From Nemertoderma westbladi (Eukaryota; Animalia; Xenacoelomorpha): 48,729 bases of DNA. The position numbers were made by a program, and so were the translations under genes. Positions 1 to 12,411 of the stretch are shown here, one piece after another (the first letter of the stretch is position 1; each line of letters begins with the position of its first letter). The stretch spans positions 1 to 48,729 of the forward strand of contig JAUCBJ010005728.1 of assembly GCA_032718475.1 (NCBI GenBank), read 5' to 3'. The notes below the pieces were generated by a model. The model worked only from the letters and a program-made list of their open reading frames with translations, made no database searches and was not told the origin of the DNA.

Positions 1-787
1 GATGGCCATAGAGTTTCGTAAATAGCGCATTCTTTAGGAGATGCTTTATTATCTTTCACACTACTTCACACGACTTCACACTACTTCACACTACTGCACA
101 CTAATCTGCCGACCGTCACTGAATTTGATCATATATAAGGAAGATCGCAACTGACACTCGTAGGGATTATGAAATAGCATTTAATTCACACAAAACCACT
201 ATAATTTAAGTCGCAGTTGCTACCAGTAACCTGTTCCTCTCACCTTCAGTAATCAAGAAGATTGGGGGTTTTATGATTATTCATCGGTATTCTCCAAATA
301 TATCAGCAATATACATCAATATAACAATAATTAATAACAAAAGTAAAATAATGTGGTGAACAGTCAGTATGTGTTACAATAGTAATTAAGCAATGTTACG
401 AGTAATGGGCCAAGATAATAGATTTACGTTCTTGTAATCAAAGCCATCAGATGTTTAGGCCAAAGTCTGAAACTTCCAAAACAGAAGTACAGAAGAATTC
501 CAAGCCGGTTCTGAGGCTCAGAAATGTAAACAAAGACCGTAATGCATTGCGCGGTTTTCTATAGGCCTCTGTCCAACATAAAGTGAAAATCGCTCTGATT
601 GGCTGAATAGGCAGAACAAAGAGGTTCAACGTCTACAGGAAATCAGCTGACAGATTTCGTCATCTGAGCTCCAATATTTTAGAGTATTATGCGCATTGCG
701 GAAAAAATGACTTGTTATGTCCGCAAAAGCACCTACACTGCGCATTGTGTGGAAAAATGACTTGTTATGTCCGCAAAAGCTTTTACA
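1..787 (-). repeat. 3' LTR of element A (partial, continues beyond window start)
   Basis: Minus strand reads TGGGAGCGG|TGTAAAAG at 787, the same GGAGCGG|TGT junction as the 3' LTR of element C. About 40 bp duplication (691-730 / 740-780) near its start; CCAAT near 597; CTACTTCACA tandem at 51-100. No partner copy in the window. Confidence 0.7.
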
Positions 788-795
788 CCGCTCCC
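788..795 (-). other. Short polypurine tract of element A (GGGAGCGG)
   Basis: Abuts the LTR TGT; same GGAGCGG as element C (42486-42492). Confidence 0.65.
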
Positions 796-865
796 AGAAA
801 ATGGGATTTAAGTCTATAAAATATAAAAATCACAGTTTCTAAAATACAAAAAATACTCTATACTA

Positions 866-3064
866 CTAGTCCTTCTTACGTGAACGGCGTTTACAAAGTT
901 TTTTGAGGCTAGCAAGAGTCCTTTTCTCTTTGGGGCGAGCCACTTTACTAGGAGGGCTATAACTCCTGGGTGAGGGGTGCAATACAATTGCATCGGAAGG
1001 TTTCGGGTTACGGTCGGTGTATCCGCCGGTCGAGGTACCCGGTTGATCGATATCAACCTCAGTGGAACGAGGTCGAACAACATTTAGAGCGCGTTTCAAG
1101 ACAGCAGCTCTTACTGGTCCCTGACGGGTCGTTTGCACGAGAGTGGTAGGCGGACCGTGAGTAGTGAGAAATTGGTTTGATGGTTCTTTCCAATTCGCGT
1201 TCTCGGGCTCTATATTCATATGGTCGTCTATGAACTTCTTGTAGCTCTGGATGCGAGTTTATGAACAAGTCACCGCATGATTTATCAATGGTAGAAACTT
1301 TAAACTGTGTGTAGGATCTTCTGGTTTCACCATATAATATTGAGTTAAATTGACATAATAAGGGTGGTCTTTGATCTCATAAAATGAGTTCGGCAAAGGT
1401 CTAGCGCATAGGTTGACCTCGTGTACCATACGACGGACAAGATCCGCTCGATTGTCCGGAGGTTCAAAGAGTATACCGTCGACACGAGCAGCCTCGATTG
1501 GCGGACGTTGTAACATAGGAGCGTCAGCGATAAGATCTCTAGATCTTAAGTTGATATCAACCGGTTGGGGTTGTACCGTGGCGAAGAGTTTGTCTCCAAA
1601 ATGGGGAACCATTGAAGGATGAATAATGGTCTTGGAATAGAGATCAGTCATAAGGATTTGAGCTTCTGGCTGGGCTAAAGCTGCTTCTTCTCTCTCGTCT
1701 ATTTCGATGTGCTTCTCCTCGAGCTGATTTTCCTCCGCTTGTCATTGGAAGCGTTCGTCCAAAAACTCTTGCAGAGAGTAGGTTCGTCCGAGTTCGATAT
1801 CTTCTTCGAGGTTCTGGATTTCTCGATCGAACTGGGGTAAGTCTAATTCCTTTACCGCTTGGACTTGCTGCTGCAATTTACGTTTATCTAAACAATCGTA
1901 GGTTCCTTTTCCGAATTTTTGTCTAATAGCGTCTAACGCGTTTGGTAAAACGCTCTCCTCCACCTCGGTGACGGGTTGTATCGGGGTTAAACCGGGACGA
2001 TTATACGGGTTGAACGGCGATATTAGGTGTCCGCGTCCCAATCTGGCTAGGTAAGATGGGCGAATATCTAGGGAGCCCACAACTGGCGTGCCACCGACTA
2101 ATTGTTCGGGTAACACTAGATCTTTGAACAGTGAGTACAGTTCAGGAGGATCCGTTATACTATTAGGATCAAGAGTTTGAGGTCTCACCAGCGAATGAGG
2201 AGGTCTGACCGAGTATTTCGGAACTCTGATCATCGGTTAATTTAAGGATCGTTTGAGTCGAGCAAGCGTAGGTGATACGTCGAACAAGTTTTGCTCAAAA
2301 CTCCCATTAGTATAGCGAGTAAAACTGTGTTTAGAGCAACGTCTCCTCGGATGTTTATGTCTTTCCATTTGTTGGTTGGGTCTAGGGCATTCATCACAAT
2401 AATACCAAAGACGCATATCTTGTCGGGGAAACGCGGGTGATCTTTCTCCAGTTTTACAATATTCCTCCATCTGTTCGAAGCTATCCGGTACAACAGGTAG
2501 CGGTCGATCGGCGGTAAGATACATCATAGTGAAATAGAGTCGTTTGAGTTCTATCATAGGGTCATGATGTATACCTTGAGGATATCGAGTTTCTAGATTT
2601 TGTTGACTGGCTACATTGAGATATGTTTCTCTCAAGAATTCCAGATATTCGTTGAAATCACTGCGTTTATCCGGTTCTTCAACGTCTTCTCTTTCGAGTC
2701 GGTTTCGAATAGAATTTTCATGTTCGATTCTCAGTTTATCGTTCCGACTCCGCTGGGTATGATATTTAAATAGGACCATTTCCCTTTTGGTGTCTACATC
2801 GTCCGTATCGTGTAAATCGATAGGATGACCAGTAGTTAAGAAGACCATATACGTACCATTACGATGCGTATAGCGAGCGGTGAATTTTCTATAGTCCAAT
2901 TCACGCGTGAGCTGTTCCTTTGACATTGGCGGTTCGATATAACGGCCATCGTCCTACGTAGTGGGTTGACTAGCGTCGCAGCTTATTAAACTATCAACAA
3001 ACGCTTGCAATGGTAGGGTATATCGCTCCCTGATACCAAGATCATCTTCTATCAACTCAGTCAT
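866..3064 (-). pseudogene. Accessory ORF3 of element A (about 732 codons, putative Zn-binding protein) broken by four in-frame stops
   Basis: ORFs 2237-2926, 1742-2233, 1259-1651 and 866-1219 share one frame, with open linkers and an in-frame ATG at 3064. Stops at 2954-2956, 2237-2239, 1742-1744 and 1259-1261. Collinear similarity to the 40.3-41.6 kb region of element C. Confidence 0.8.
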
Positions 3065-3946
3065 AGCTACTATATGAGTTTATCGATATTATAATTAATT
3101 ATATTTAGGCTAGCTGTCGTAGCTGCCTCCACCTCAATGCCCCCGGACAGCGCAAGGTCCTCAGCGCTGATGTACTGTCGTCGCTGTGCCTCTCGCCAAC
3201 GTAGTAGCTACACAACGACAACAATAACCAGAGCGAGTCACTCCACTGTCCGTCCCAAGGGCTTAGAATTACTTCAGGTTCTTGCTGCAGAGGTAGGGCA
3301 ACTTTCACAACTGTGACTCGCTACTGTAAACACACTTTAGTATTAACATTCACTTATAAACGCACAAATTCCACACAACTGTCACAAATTGTACACATTC
3401 GGGCCATTTGTCCATTAGTCAAGTGCCTTCCAGAATGCCACGTTATTATTATGTATCCCTGGATACTGGCAGTGTGCTATTTGTTCCGTATGCTATTCAA
3501 TGGGGCAAGCTTTCTATTGTTCTTTTAGCTCGCTTCTAATTCTAGCGTGGTTGTTGCTATGGTGACATTATGGAAAGCTAGCAGTAGAATTAGGGTAATT
3601 CTCATGCATACATATCTGGGATGCTATTTAATAGTAATTCTTTAATTGTCAATATTCCCCTTTATACATGATTTTATGAATTTTATCGGCTATTGACTAT
3701 ACATTGGAGATTCTCGCACACTAATATACTTAATAGGGTAAATCTCCGCTCCCATGATCTATTAATTAATGGAATTTTGGGAATGTTATAAATTGTATAA
3801 AATGACAATTTATCAAATTCATGAGAGGATATGAATTTAAATTTATTCCCGTAAATTTTATTATTTGACACTAAAATAGACACAATTTTATTCCAGAGCA
3901 TGTCTGGGGCCTAGGATCCTTAATTCTAGGAAATTTGTCTTTTTAA

Positions 3947-4658
3947 GGGGGGGGTACACCATTTTGGTCAAAAATATGTCGAAATTTTTTTTATGATATA
4001 TTATAATGCACCATTGAATGGTGTTTCCAAATCTGAAAACCGCTATTTAATTGGTATTTTAGTTTTTAAGTTATAACAATTTCCATTTAGGGATTCCTAT
4101 TGAAATTACTATTACTATATATAATGAAAGGTCGATTATCTCAAAATATTTTTTTTATGAAATTGTCAACTTCAAAACCCTACTACTTCTACAATTTTTG
4201 AGCAATTAGTCTGAAACTTTCTGTGGGTGTCTACATAGCCACCCTGCATAAAAGTATCAGACAACTTTTCGAAATTATTTGTTAATAAAATTTAATACTA
4301 TTTATAACAAACCTAAAAATTAGGCATAAATTTGCAGCGCCACCTAGCGGTGCAGAATTATTTTCAGAAAATTTCGCCTGATAGTTATGTTGCCCCATCT
4401 TTGATCTATCATATAAAAAAACTTTCATGTGATTAGATTCAAAACTGAAAAAGCCTTAGGGTTTTAAGCGCAACCAAGTTTTTTTTGTTGTTAACTAGTA
4501 TTAACTAATATTAAATAGCGAAAAATAAAAATTTTCTAACCTGTCATGTAGAATAGCATCTTAGGCACTTATATTCCAAATTCTAGCCAAAACCAAACAA
4601 TTTTGAAACGCTGAGAGTTAAAAATCGAAGAGTTGTCCGAAAATGGTGTACCCCCCCC
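3947..4658. mobile_element. Non-autonomous DNA transposon (MITE), Kolobok-like
   Basis: TIR GGGGGGGGTACACCATTTT...AAAATGGTGTACCCCCCCC flanked by TTAA (3943-3946, 4659-4662), RR..YY ends. The rejoined flanks match an uninterrupted repeat copy at about 4863-4990. Partial second copy at about 47545-47870. Confidence 0.85.
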
Positions 4659-5238
4659 TTAAGAGTATCGGTAAGTGCTACGATATCTTAATCGACTAGA
4701 ATTTTAAAGGATCTGAATTTTAACAGATTTTTTATTTATAGATTTTCTTGGTTTACAAACTCCTTAGAGTTTATTTGTCTGCTTTTTTACTCTATTATAA
4801 CATTTGTTTTAATAGATTTTATAAATATTTATTAAATATTTAATATTTAAGATGGGCACCGATTTATTCCAGAACATGTCTGGGGACGTTAACCACTGAT
4901 TCTAGAATTTTGACTTTCAAGTATATCGGTGGGTGCCGCGATATCTTAATCGACTAGAAATACAGATGGTCAAAGGGTTTAACAGATTTATTTTGCGTAA
5001 GGAAAGAGAAAATGAATTGTTTCTCGCCATTAAACTAAATATATAATGTTAAGTAATTAAGTAATAAACACGAATATATATATTGCACTAATCTACTAAA
5101 TAATCGCTAAAATAATATTCTACTAAATAAAATTTAAGAAAACGATTATAATAAAATTACATAATAATACATACATAAGTATAAAAATAATAAAAAACAG
5201 ATATAAATAATGTAGTCACACACCCACTCCAGACGCTG

Positions 5239-6846
5239 TTACGTTGGGGAGTCCCTAGATGTTTGTTGGATTAGGGAGGTGGTCGTGGGAAGAGTATCTT
5301 GCCTTCCATAGTTTCCGGATAGCTCTCTGTCTCTTTCCAGTAAACATAAACGACCAACTGGGCGATTGAGTTGCTGTGTTTCGAATACAATTCCAGGTTT
5401 CTTAAAGTTACGTCGCATGACGACGAGTTCTACCGATCGCACTAAACCATCATCGGATATATGAGTCTTGATGATACGACCTGTCTGCCACCGCTTACGT
5501 GGAAGATCTGATTCCGCAATAAGGACCATGTCTCCGGCACTGACGTTTTCTTGCTGCGCAAACCACTTGGTTCGAAGTTGTAGCGTAGGCAGATAATGTT
5601 TTTCGAAATGGTCAGCGAAATGACGGGATAATAACTGCATAATTTGCCAAGTTTGTCGGCAGTATTCGTCTCCATCCGTGATTTCCGATTGCGGGAGCAT
5701 GGCTACAGGTTTCTTTAGTAGGAAATGCGCAGGTGTTAGCGCTTCTAGGGAGTCGGGACTCGATGAGACTGGCATAAGCGGTCTCTCGTTAAGATAGGCG
5801 GCAATTTCTTCCATTAACGTCCACAAAAGTTCGTCGGTGAGATACGCGCGGCAAGGCACTATAAAGTGAAATGCGGTCTTCATGCTCCTTATTAATCTAT
5901 CCCAACTTCCTCCCCACCAAGGGGCGTCGGCGGCGTTGAAGGTCCAGCTAGATGCTGTTACCCTTAGCTGATCGTCCACCTGTCTTTGGTTCCAATCTTT
6001 CACATAAGCTTTGATATCATTATTGGCGCCAATGAAGTTCGTTCCCTTGTCGGATCTCATCGTATTGCTAGTTCCAAAGCGAGCGATCTGTCGGCGTAAA
6101 CTCAGTATGAAGCTGTTCGTAGACAGATCGTTCACCATATCTAGATGGATCGCTCTACAAGTCATACAGACAAAGATGACACACCATCGCTTGAATATAG
6201 TCCTAGCACGATATACTTCAATAGGGCCAAATAAGTCCACACCAGTATTAGTAAAGTGTGGTTCATAGAAGCTTACTCGTTCCCTAGGTAATTCTGCCTC
6301 TCGCTGTGTTAAAGGCCTACTGAATGCTTTCCTACAGGGTATGCAGTTCCTAAGAACTTGGTTCAGAGCTCTACGGGGTTTATGGAAATAATAGCAAGTT
6401 CGAATTTCGCTAAGAACTCGTTCTCTACCAGCATGGTAAAGCCTACTGTGAACATCTACATTCATCTTGATTTGTATTTCAAGATTTCTAATGAGTATGG
6501 GAAACTTAGTGTCAAAGGATAATGGAGCATTAGTTAGTCTCCCTCCAACACGTATTAACCCATCTATCATTGTGCTAGAGAAACGATCCCTTAAGTGCAT
6601 CTGTGGATTTCTCAACAACAGGAAATACTTATCGGAAACTTCATAGCATTGCAGGAGTCTCAGTATCTGCTTATTGGTTTCTTCATGCTCTTGATAACTG
6701 ATCTTCTCCGTCAGAAACCTATCCGACACTTTGTAAGTGGGAAGATCTTTAATAGCATGGACCAGTTCGGTTATCATCTGAGCGGTATCATTAGCAATCT
6801 TCGTCCTGGAATAGTGATGATGGAAGCATCTTTTGATATACACCAC
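5239..6846 (-). pseudogene. pol: Integrase region of element A pol
   Basis: HHCC zinc domain (H..LYHAG...CIPC), GVDLFGP, SDKGTNF, PWWGGSWDRL (expected catalytic E appears as D), LTPAHFL, GLVRSV C-terminal domain. Confidence 0.93.
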
Positions 6847-6852
6847 GGCCTT

Positions 6853-9603
6853 TCAAAGCCGATTCCAGGAGCTATAATGATTTATCGCTCCTTGCAAGAC
6901 GTCTTGTGTTCCAGATTTCCAGTCTCTTTCTCTGATTTCTACAACAGATTTATGTGTGGTGGGGGTGTTTAGATCCACAGCGTCGTCTCCGGAGGTGTGT
7001 AGTACAGACAGATCTATCACGGGTTTAAATAACTTTGATTTACTTGTCCGGGTTTTAGGTTTGACTTTCTCCGCTCCCTTGGCTTGTCTAATCTCAGCCG
7101 TGGTGAGATGAGGAGGCCATTCATCCCCTTCTTTACTCAGGAAGTCGGGTCCACCTAACCAGTCTGGAGTATCTATCAATTCTTGCGGGGTTGCTCCTCT
7201 AGAGGTGATGTCGGCTGGATTAATCGTCCCAGGGCAATGTCTCCATTGATCTACATTAGAGCGACTAAGTATAATGGCTACTCTGTTGGTAACGAAGACT
7301 CTGAAATGACAGACTTCATTGGTTATATACTCCAAAACGAGTAAAGCATCAGTCCAATATACAGTTTTCTCCAGTGGATAGTCAATCTGTTCTGTTACAT
7401 TCATGGCTGTAGCGTATAGAGCCACCTTTAACTCCGCTCGAGGAACTCGTAGTTTGTTGTTTATCAAGGCCTTAGAGGTGACCAAGGCAACTTTGATTCC
7501 ATCCGGAGTTTCATACCTATTCCCATATCGCTGGCGTCTCCAAACACATGGAGTTGATAGGAATACGTGGGGAGAACGTGACCAAAATATGAACGGGAAA
7601 TCGTAAAGTTCTCGATGGATGGTAGAGAATCTTCCCATTTCATCCACTTCTTTAGTAGTTCTCCCTTAAGTGGATCATCCCACGATTGGTTTTCAAGCCA
7701 CATTTGTTGCACTAAGCTCCGAGCAACCAATATAACTGGACTAATGAATCCCAATGGATCGAAATAAGTGCTCAGGATACTTAGACAAATCCGTTTGGTT
7801 CTAACTGGATTATCTCGCTGTTTTAACTGGAAAAACAATATATCTCTCTCCGTGTCCCATTTTAAACCAAGTGTTTTGGTTTCCGGAAGATCGTCCTTGA
7901 TGAGGTCCAGATCTTTAACACCTCGGTCTTCTACCGGGATCGATTCCAGAAACTCACGGGAGTTACTAGTGAATTTGGTTAGTCGAAATCCACCGCGTTG
8001 CAAGCACTCCACCGTTCCCTTGGCAACATCAATGGCTTCTTCCACCGATGGGAGGGACTTTAAATTGTCGTCCATGTATATATCCCGTTTGATGTTGTCG
8101 ATAACCGCTTTAGGGAAGGCGTCTCGGTTGTCATCAGCAGTGGTACGCACTACTGAACAAGCGTTCGAGGGGCTCGAGATGATCCCGAAAGCCTGGATGG
8201 TCATCCAGTACTCCACCGGTTTTAGGTTGAGATCTCCTTCAGGCCACCACAGAAATCGTAGGCTGTCTCGATCCCTATCCAGCGCCTTGACTTGTAAGAA
8301 CATGCCTTCTATATCCGAAGCGAAAGCGATAGAATATTGCCATAATCTTAATAGTATTCCCAACAAGGATTGAAGTAAGTTGGGTCCCGGCAACAATTCG
8401 GAGTTCAGGGATTGACCCACGTAAAGGGCGGAGCCGTCGAACACTACCCGGACTTCGTTGGGTTTACCGTGTTTGGAAACGTAATGATGTGTTAGATAAT
8501 ACGTTCTCTCGGTTATGGGTGTTTCTTCCGGTACTCGCTCCGCGTATCCCTTGTCAATAAATTTCTTCAGCTGGGTTTATACATTTCCCTGGCTGAAACA
8601 TTGGTCGTAAGACGCCGATGTAGTTGTGCGATTCTCTTTTCCGCTAAAGGTCAGTTATTTATAAAGTTGGGTTCTCGCCGTCGGAACGGAAGACCAATCT
8701 CATAGTGACCTTCATCTTTCAGAAAACGGGTAGTCGTTTCCTGAATCTGCTTGGCTCTCTCTTCCTCGACGGACAAGGCCTTGTCGTAGGAATTAGGCTC
8801 TACGGCTTCTTGAGTAAAGAATCGTATGGCGTGTTCATCGCGAATTTTATTGTTGTATCAATCTATCACTTCGTTTAATTCGTCGTTATATGTGAATTGT
8901 CCACCCTGTTGATCGATAAGATGGCACAAGTTTACTTGGTTTATCCAAGTTTGGTTTTCGGTGAGGAGGTCGATTGTATTTTCCTCATCATATAATTGGG
9001 TGATATCGTCATTGTCTGAGGAGTATGGTGTTCCCTCAGTTGTGGTTTCTCCCTCACTGATTTCTTCTTCCCATTCACTCACCTGATGTATCCTGTCATT
9101 AGGGAGACTTTCCATTAGGGTTCTATGGGAAGGTCCAGTGAAGTACCATAACCCACTCTCGACCTTCCCGCGTACGTTTGTAATGGTTGCGGTCGAGCAG
9201 GCCGTTTTTCTAAGGTCTCAAGCGCTTCGTGTGCGTTTTGGCCAATTAATATCTGAACCCCTGGGTAATCGGTGTTGAATCTAGGGATATCATGTTGCTG
9301 GGTAAAATGGTCTTCATCCCAGTTGTAAGGCTCCACTTGGCTAGTAGCAAAGTTCTTTATCGCCACCATTTATACCGACCTTACGCTATGTTCTCCTAGT
9401 TCGTCCTGGGGAGTGGACAACGCACCCACATAGTAATCTGTAGCTACTGTGGATTTCCAAACCTGCATAATTCCTTAAAGGTTTAACTTAGTTCGGAACT
9501 TGGGTTGTCCAGCAAAGATGTCTTCGGCTAGTTCTTTGTCGATCAATGTACCTGTGCTGCCAGAGTCAAGGAGGGCGTTTACTATCCACTTGCGTCCTTC
9601 TGG
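6853..9603 (-). pseudogene. pol: Protease, RT and RNase H region of element A pol (frameshifted)
   Basis: VNALLDSGSTGTLID (about 9540-9585), SLNSELLPGPNL, SDIEGMFLQV, IYMDD, LGLKWD, FDPLGFISP, LHVFGDAS, PRAEL, YWTDA, NPADITSRG spread over several frames. Confidence 0.93.
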
Positions 9604-10906
9604 GCTCCTCCCCGAGGCGCACCAACAAGGCGGACGCTGTCCCACCACCCTTGGGGCCAGTCCGACTCCGTTTTATCAGACTGGGCCAGAGGGTAGCCCG
9701 ATGCTTCCCGGGTTCAATTTTCAATCCCCCGATCACACCGGCACAGCTCGTCGCACGTGTAGCCAGATGGTCGGCTACTGTCAACTTACTGTGGCCTGAC
9801 TGTACATTGAGCCAACTCAGAGAGTCAACCGGCGGGTGGACCAGTCGATAGCGATCGAGCATCAAGGTCGCCCTTGAGCCAAACCGACGGTCTTGACCCA
9901 AGTGGGCTTGCGCTACCCAACATGGAATATTGACACGTTTTCACCCGCCTCGCCGGCAGTATTGAGGGGAAGTCGGTTCCGCAAACAATACTGACTAGCT
10001 CGAAAGCTAGGAACAAGTAACCACTTACCAGTCACTGTACACATGTACTCAACAGATGCTCACGAAATCAAGTACACAATGGTAAACACAAAATCGGACA
10101 CATACCATGCACACACAGAGGACATAATCTGGAAAGACAAATCGGTGACAAAATCAGAGGGGACAAAATTGTATCGACTGATAAAAGAGTCGAGAGTACC
10201 TTATTTTGCCATCAGGGCAAAATAACTTTGTGTGCACATAGTATGCTGGGGCGCAGTAAAGATATGGTCCTACTAATAACCAGCGGCGACTGAACCAACC
10301 GGCAAGGTTTCCCACACTCACTCGCAGTGGCCATACACACACTCACGTATACCACGTACCCACAGCAACAGAAAGCTCAAGCAAACTGCCACTGATCGTC
10401 CACACACAAACCACAGATTCCAGAGTATCATTCACTGGGACCACACTACAACACCACCCCCTCCTTTCAGCAGATATTCCAGGTGCTACCTCCATTCCAA
10501 TAGTAGTACCAACAGAATCATCAGAATCCTGCCCATTCCGATGCAACACCTCCATTCCAATAGTGCTACCCTGGGAAAAGACACGTTTCGGCAACCGATC
10601 GGAGACAGCAAAGAGTCTGGTCAACTCATACATACCAAACATAGACCTACCATATAGACCACATAGACCACAGATCACACCAAGCCACCACCCCTGCTGT
10701 GTATAGGACTAGCAGTATGGGAACAGGCCGACTAGATGGTACCACGGCACCATGTTGATTCATGGTTCGCAAGACACGAGGGCCTTCAGTAACTCCCTTG
10801 CACTATAGAAAAGATTGAACGTGCCCCCAGACCCTCACGAGTCCGCCGCCGCCTGTTGAGCTCACCCCTATAGAGACCTCACCTCTTTAGGCAAGCTCTT
10901 CCCTAG
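9604..10906. mobile_element. Unclassified 1.3 kb insertion in the protease of element A
   Basis: Removal restores VQLRVHG-PEGRKWIVNALLDSG in frame. No TG..CA ends, TIRs or recognisable ORF; internal repeats at about 10490-10565 and 10640-10680. Confidence 0.7.
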
Positions 10907-12407
10907 CCCGTGGACTCTCAGCTGCACTACGGGGAATTCCCGGATTCCGACGTTGGAAGTTCGAGCTTTCCAAGATGGTTGTCGGTCCAGAATAGTCAGT
11001 CGAGGCTCTTCATTTTCAGTTTCTGTCTCATATGTAAGTGCTCGATACACCGCGGTGTTTATCATATAACAGGATTCGTTTTAGTTGGAGAATTCGTCCG
11101 TGTAGAATCCTTCCATCTCAGAGCTGTGGTCAGTGTCGTTCACATCACTGAATTGGACATGTAGTTCGGGCTCACTTACCTGACTCGTGCGGGTTCTGTC
11201 AAATTCTGTGTGCAGCAAGATATGATGTTTCGCGCCGCACTTAGCACACCTAGCATCTGAGTAACAGGTCCGCCGTTGGTGTCCTCGTCTGAGGCAATTA
11301 TAACACAACCGCTTATCCCACATGACATCACGTCTATCCTTAAGGGATTTCTTCAAGAATTCATCACACCCACTCAAGCGATGTGGCCCGTCGCACAATG
11401 CACATTTGGGTTTGATATTACTTACTTTAACCTGTGTGGTGTTGTGCACACTTGTTCTTTCCTCGGGCTTTCTTCCATGAATTCTCTTAGGAGACGTGGG
11501 AGGAGTTGTTGATACCTGTTCTCTCCTGTCACTGGTTCGAGACTTAGATTTACTTACGTCTTTCCGAGTTTTGTTGACATAATAAGATCTTTCGGTGTCT
11601 TTCCCGCTGTTCTCCTCGTAGGAGGTTTGGCTTTCGCGGTCGTCTGTATAACACACTGGTGTTACCTTTCTCCTAGAAACGGGTTTTTCACTCACCTTAT
11701 TTTCCGGTATCTTCTCTCGAGACTGCTTTAGGAGCTGTAATCTTACCTCTCCATTTAAGAATGACATGAGATCAGCCATGGTAGGGTCTCTTTGTTGCTG
11801 GTCCGTCATATAGAGAACTCTTTTGTCCCAACGAGTACCTACTCCACCCTTTGGTAAATTAGATGCTACGGCTCCAACAACCATGGAACTCTGATATTCC
11901 TGAGACTTACCTAACCAATCTAGCTGTCTACAGATCTCCTGAATCTCATCGGAAAACTCTATAATCCCGCTGCTAAGAAACTTTCGGGGCGCTACTAATT
12001 TCCCATACAAGTACCTAGCTATGTTAGTCCTATTACCATACCTGATATTTAGTGTATCCCAAACTTGTCTTAATCCATCTGGATGTCCAATAAACTTTAA
12101 CGCCATTAACTTGGGAGGTCCTTCCAAGCACTCGATGAGGAATCTAAGTTTCTCTCCGTTAGATAGTACAGAGTTCTGTATGTTATCTTTATAATATTCA
12201 TTAAAAGGTAACCATTTCATCTCATCTCCATTGTACTTGACGACCTCTCCCACCTTTACCGCTTGACAGGCTTCGGTTCTAGCCATTTGACGTGTAAAAC
12301 TTTCTTGAGCCATCATATTATTTAATATAGAGTTATCGGTATATAAATTTCTCGGATTATGATCAGATCTGTATGGGATATCATTATCAACAGGTTTATA
12401 ATTACCC
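10907..12407 (-). pseudogene. gag: Gag core of element A (capsid-like domain, three Cys-His motifs) and gag-protease linker
   Basis: KYNGDEMKWLPF...EKLRFLIECLEGPP...LNIRYGN; CALCDGPHRLSGC, CYNCLRRGHQRRTC, CAKCGAKHHILLH. In-frame stop at 11081-11083. Confidence 0.92.
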
Positions 12408-12411
12408 TTAA

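Noticed and set aside
814-1083. ORF with ISINRVPRPADTPTVT resembling ISIDFSGKRPPRPITPTVT of element C
   Set aside because: Wrong frame and position; the collinear match for that C segment is A's MIRVPKYSVRPP...TLDP.
866-3064. Stop-codon reassignment or programmed readthrough in ORF3
   Set aside because: All three stop types occur and the element has frameshifts elsewhere; ordinary decay is simpler.
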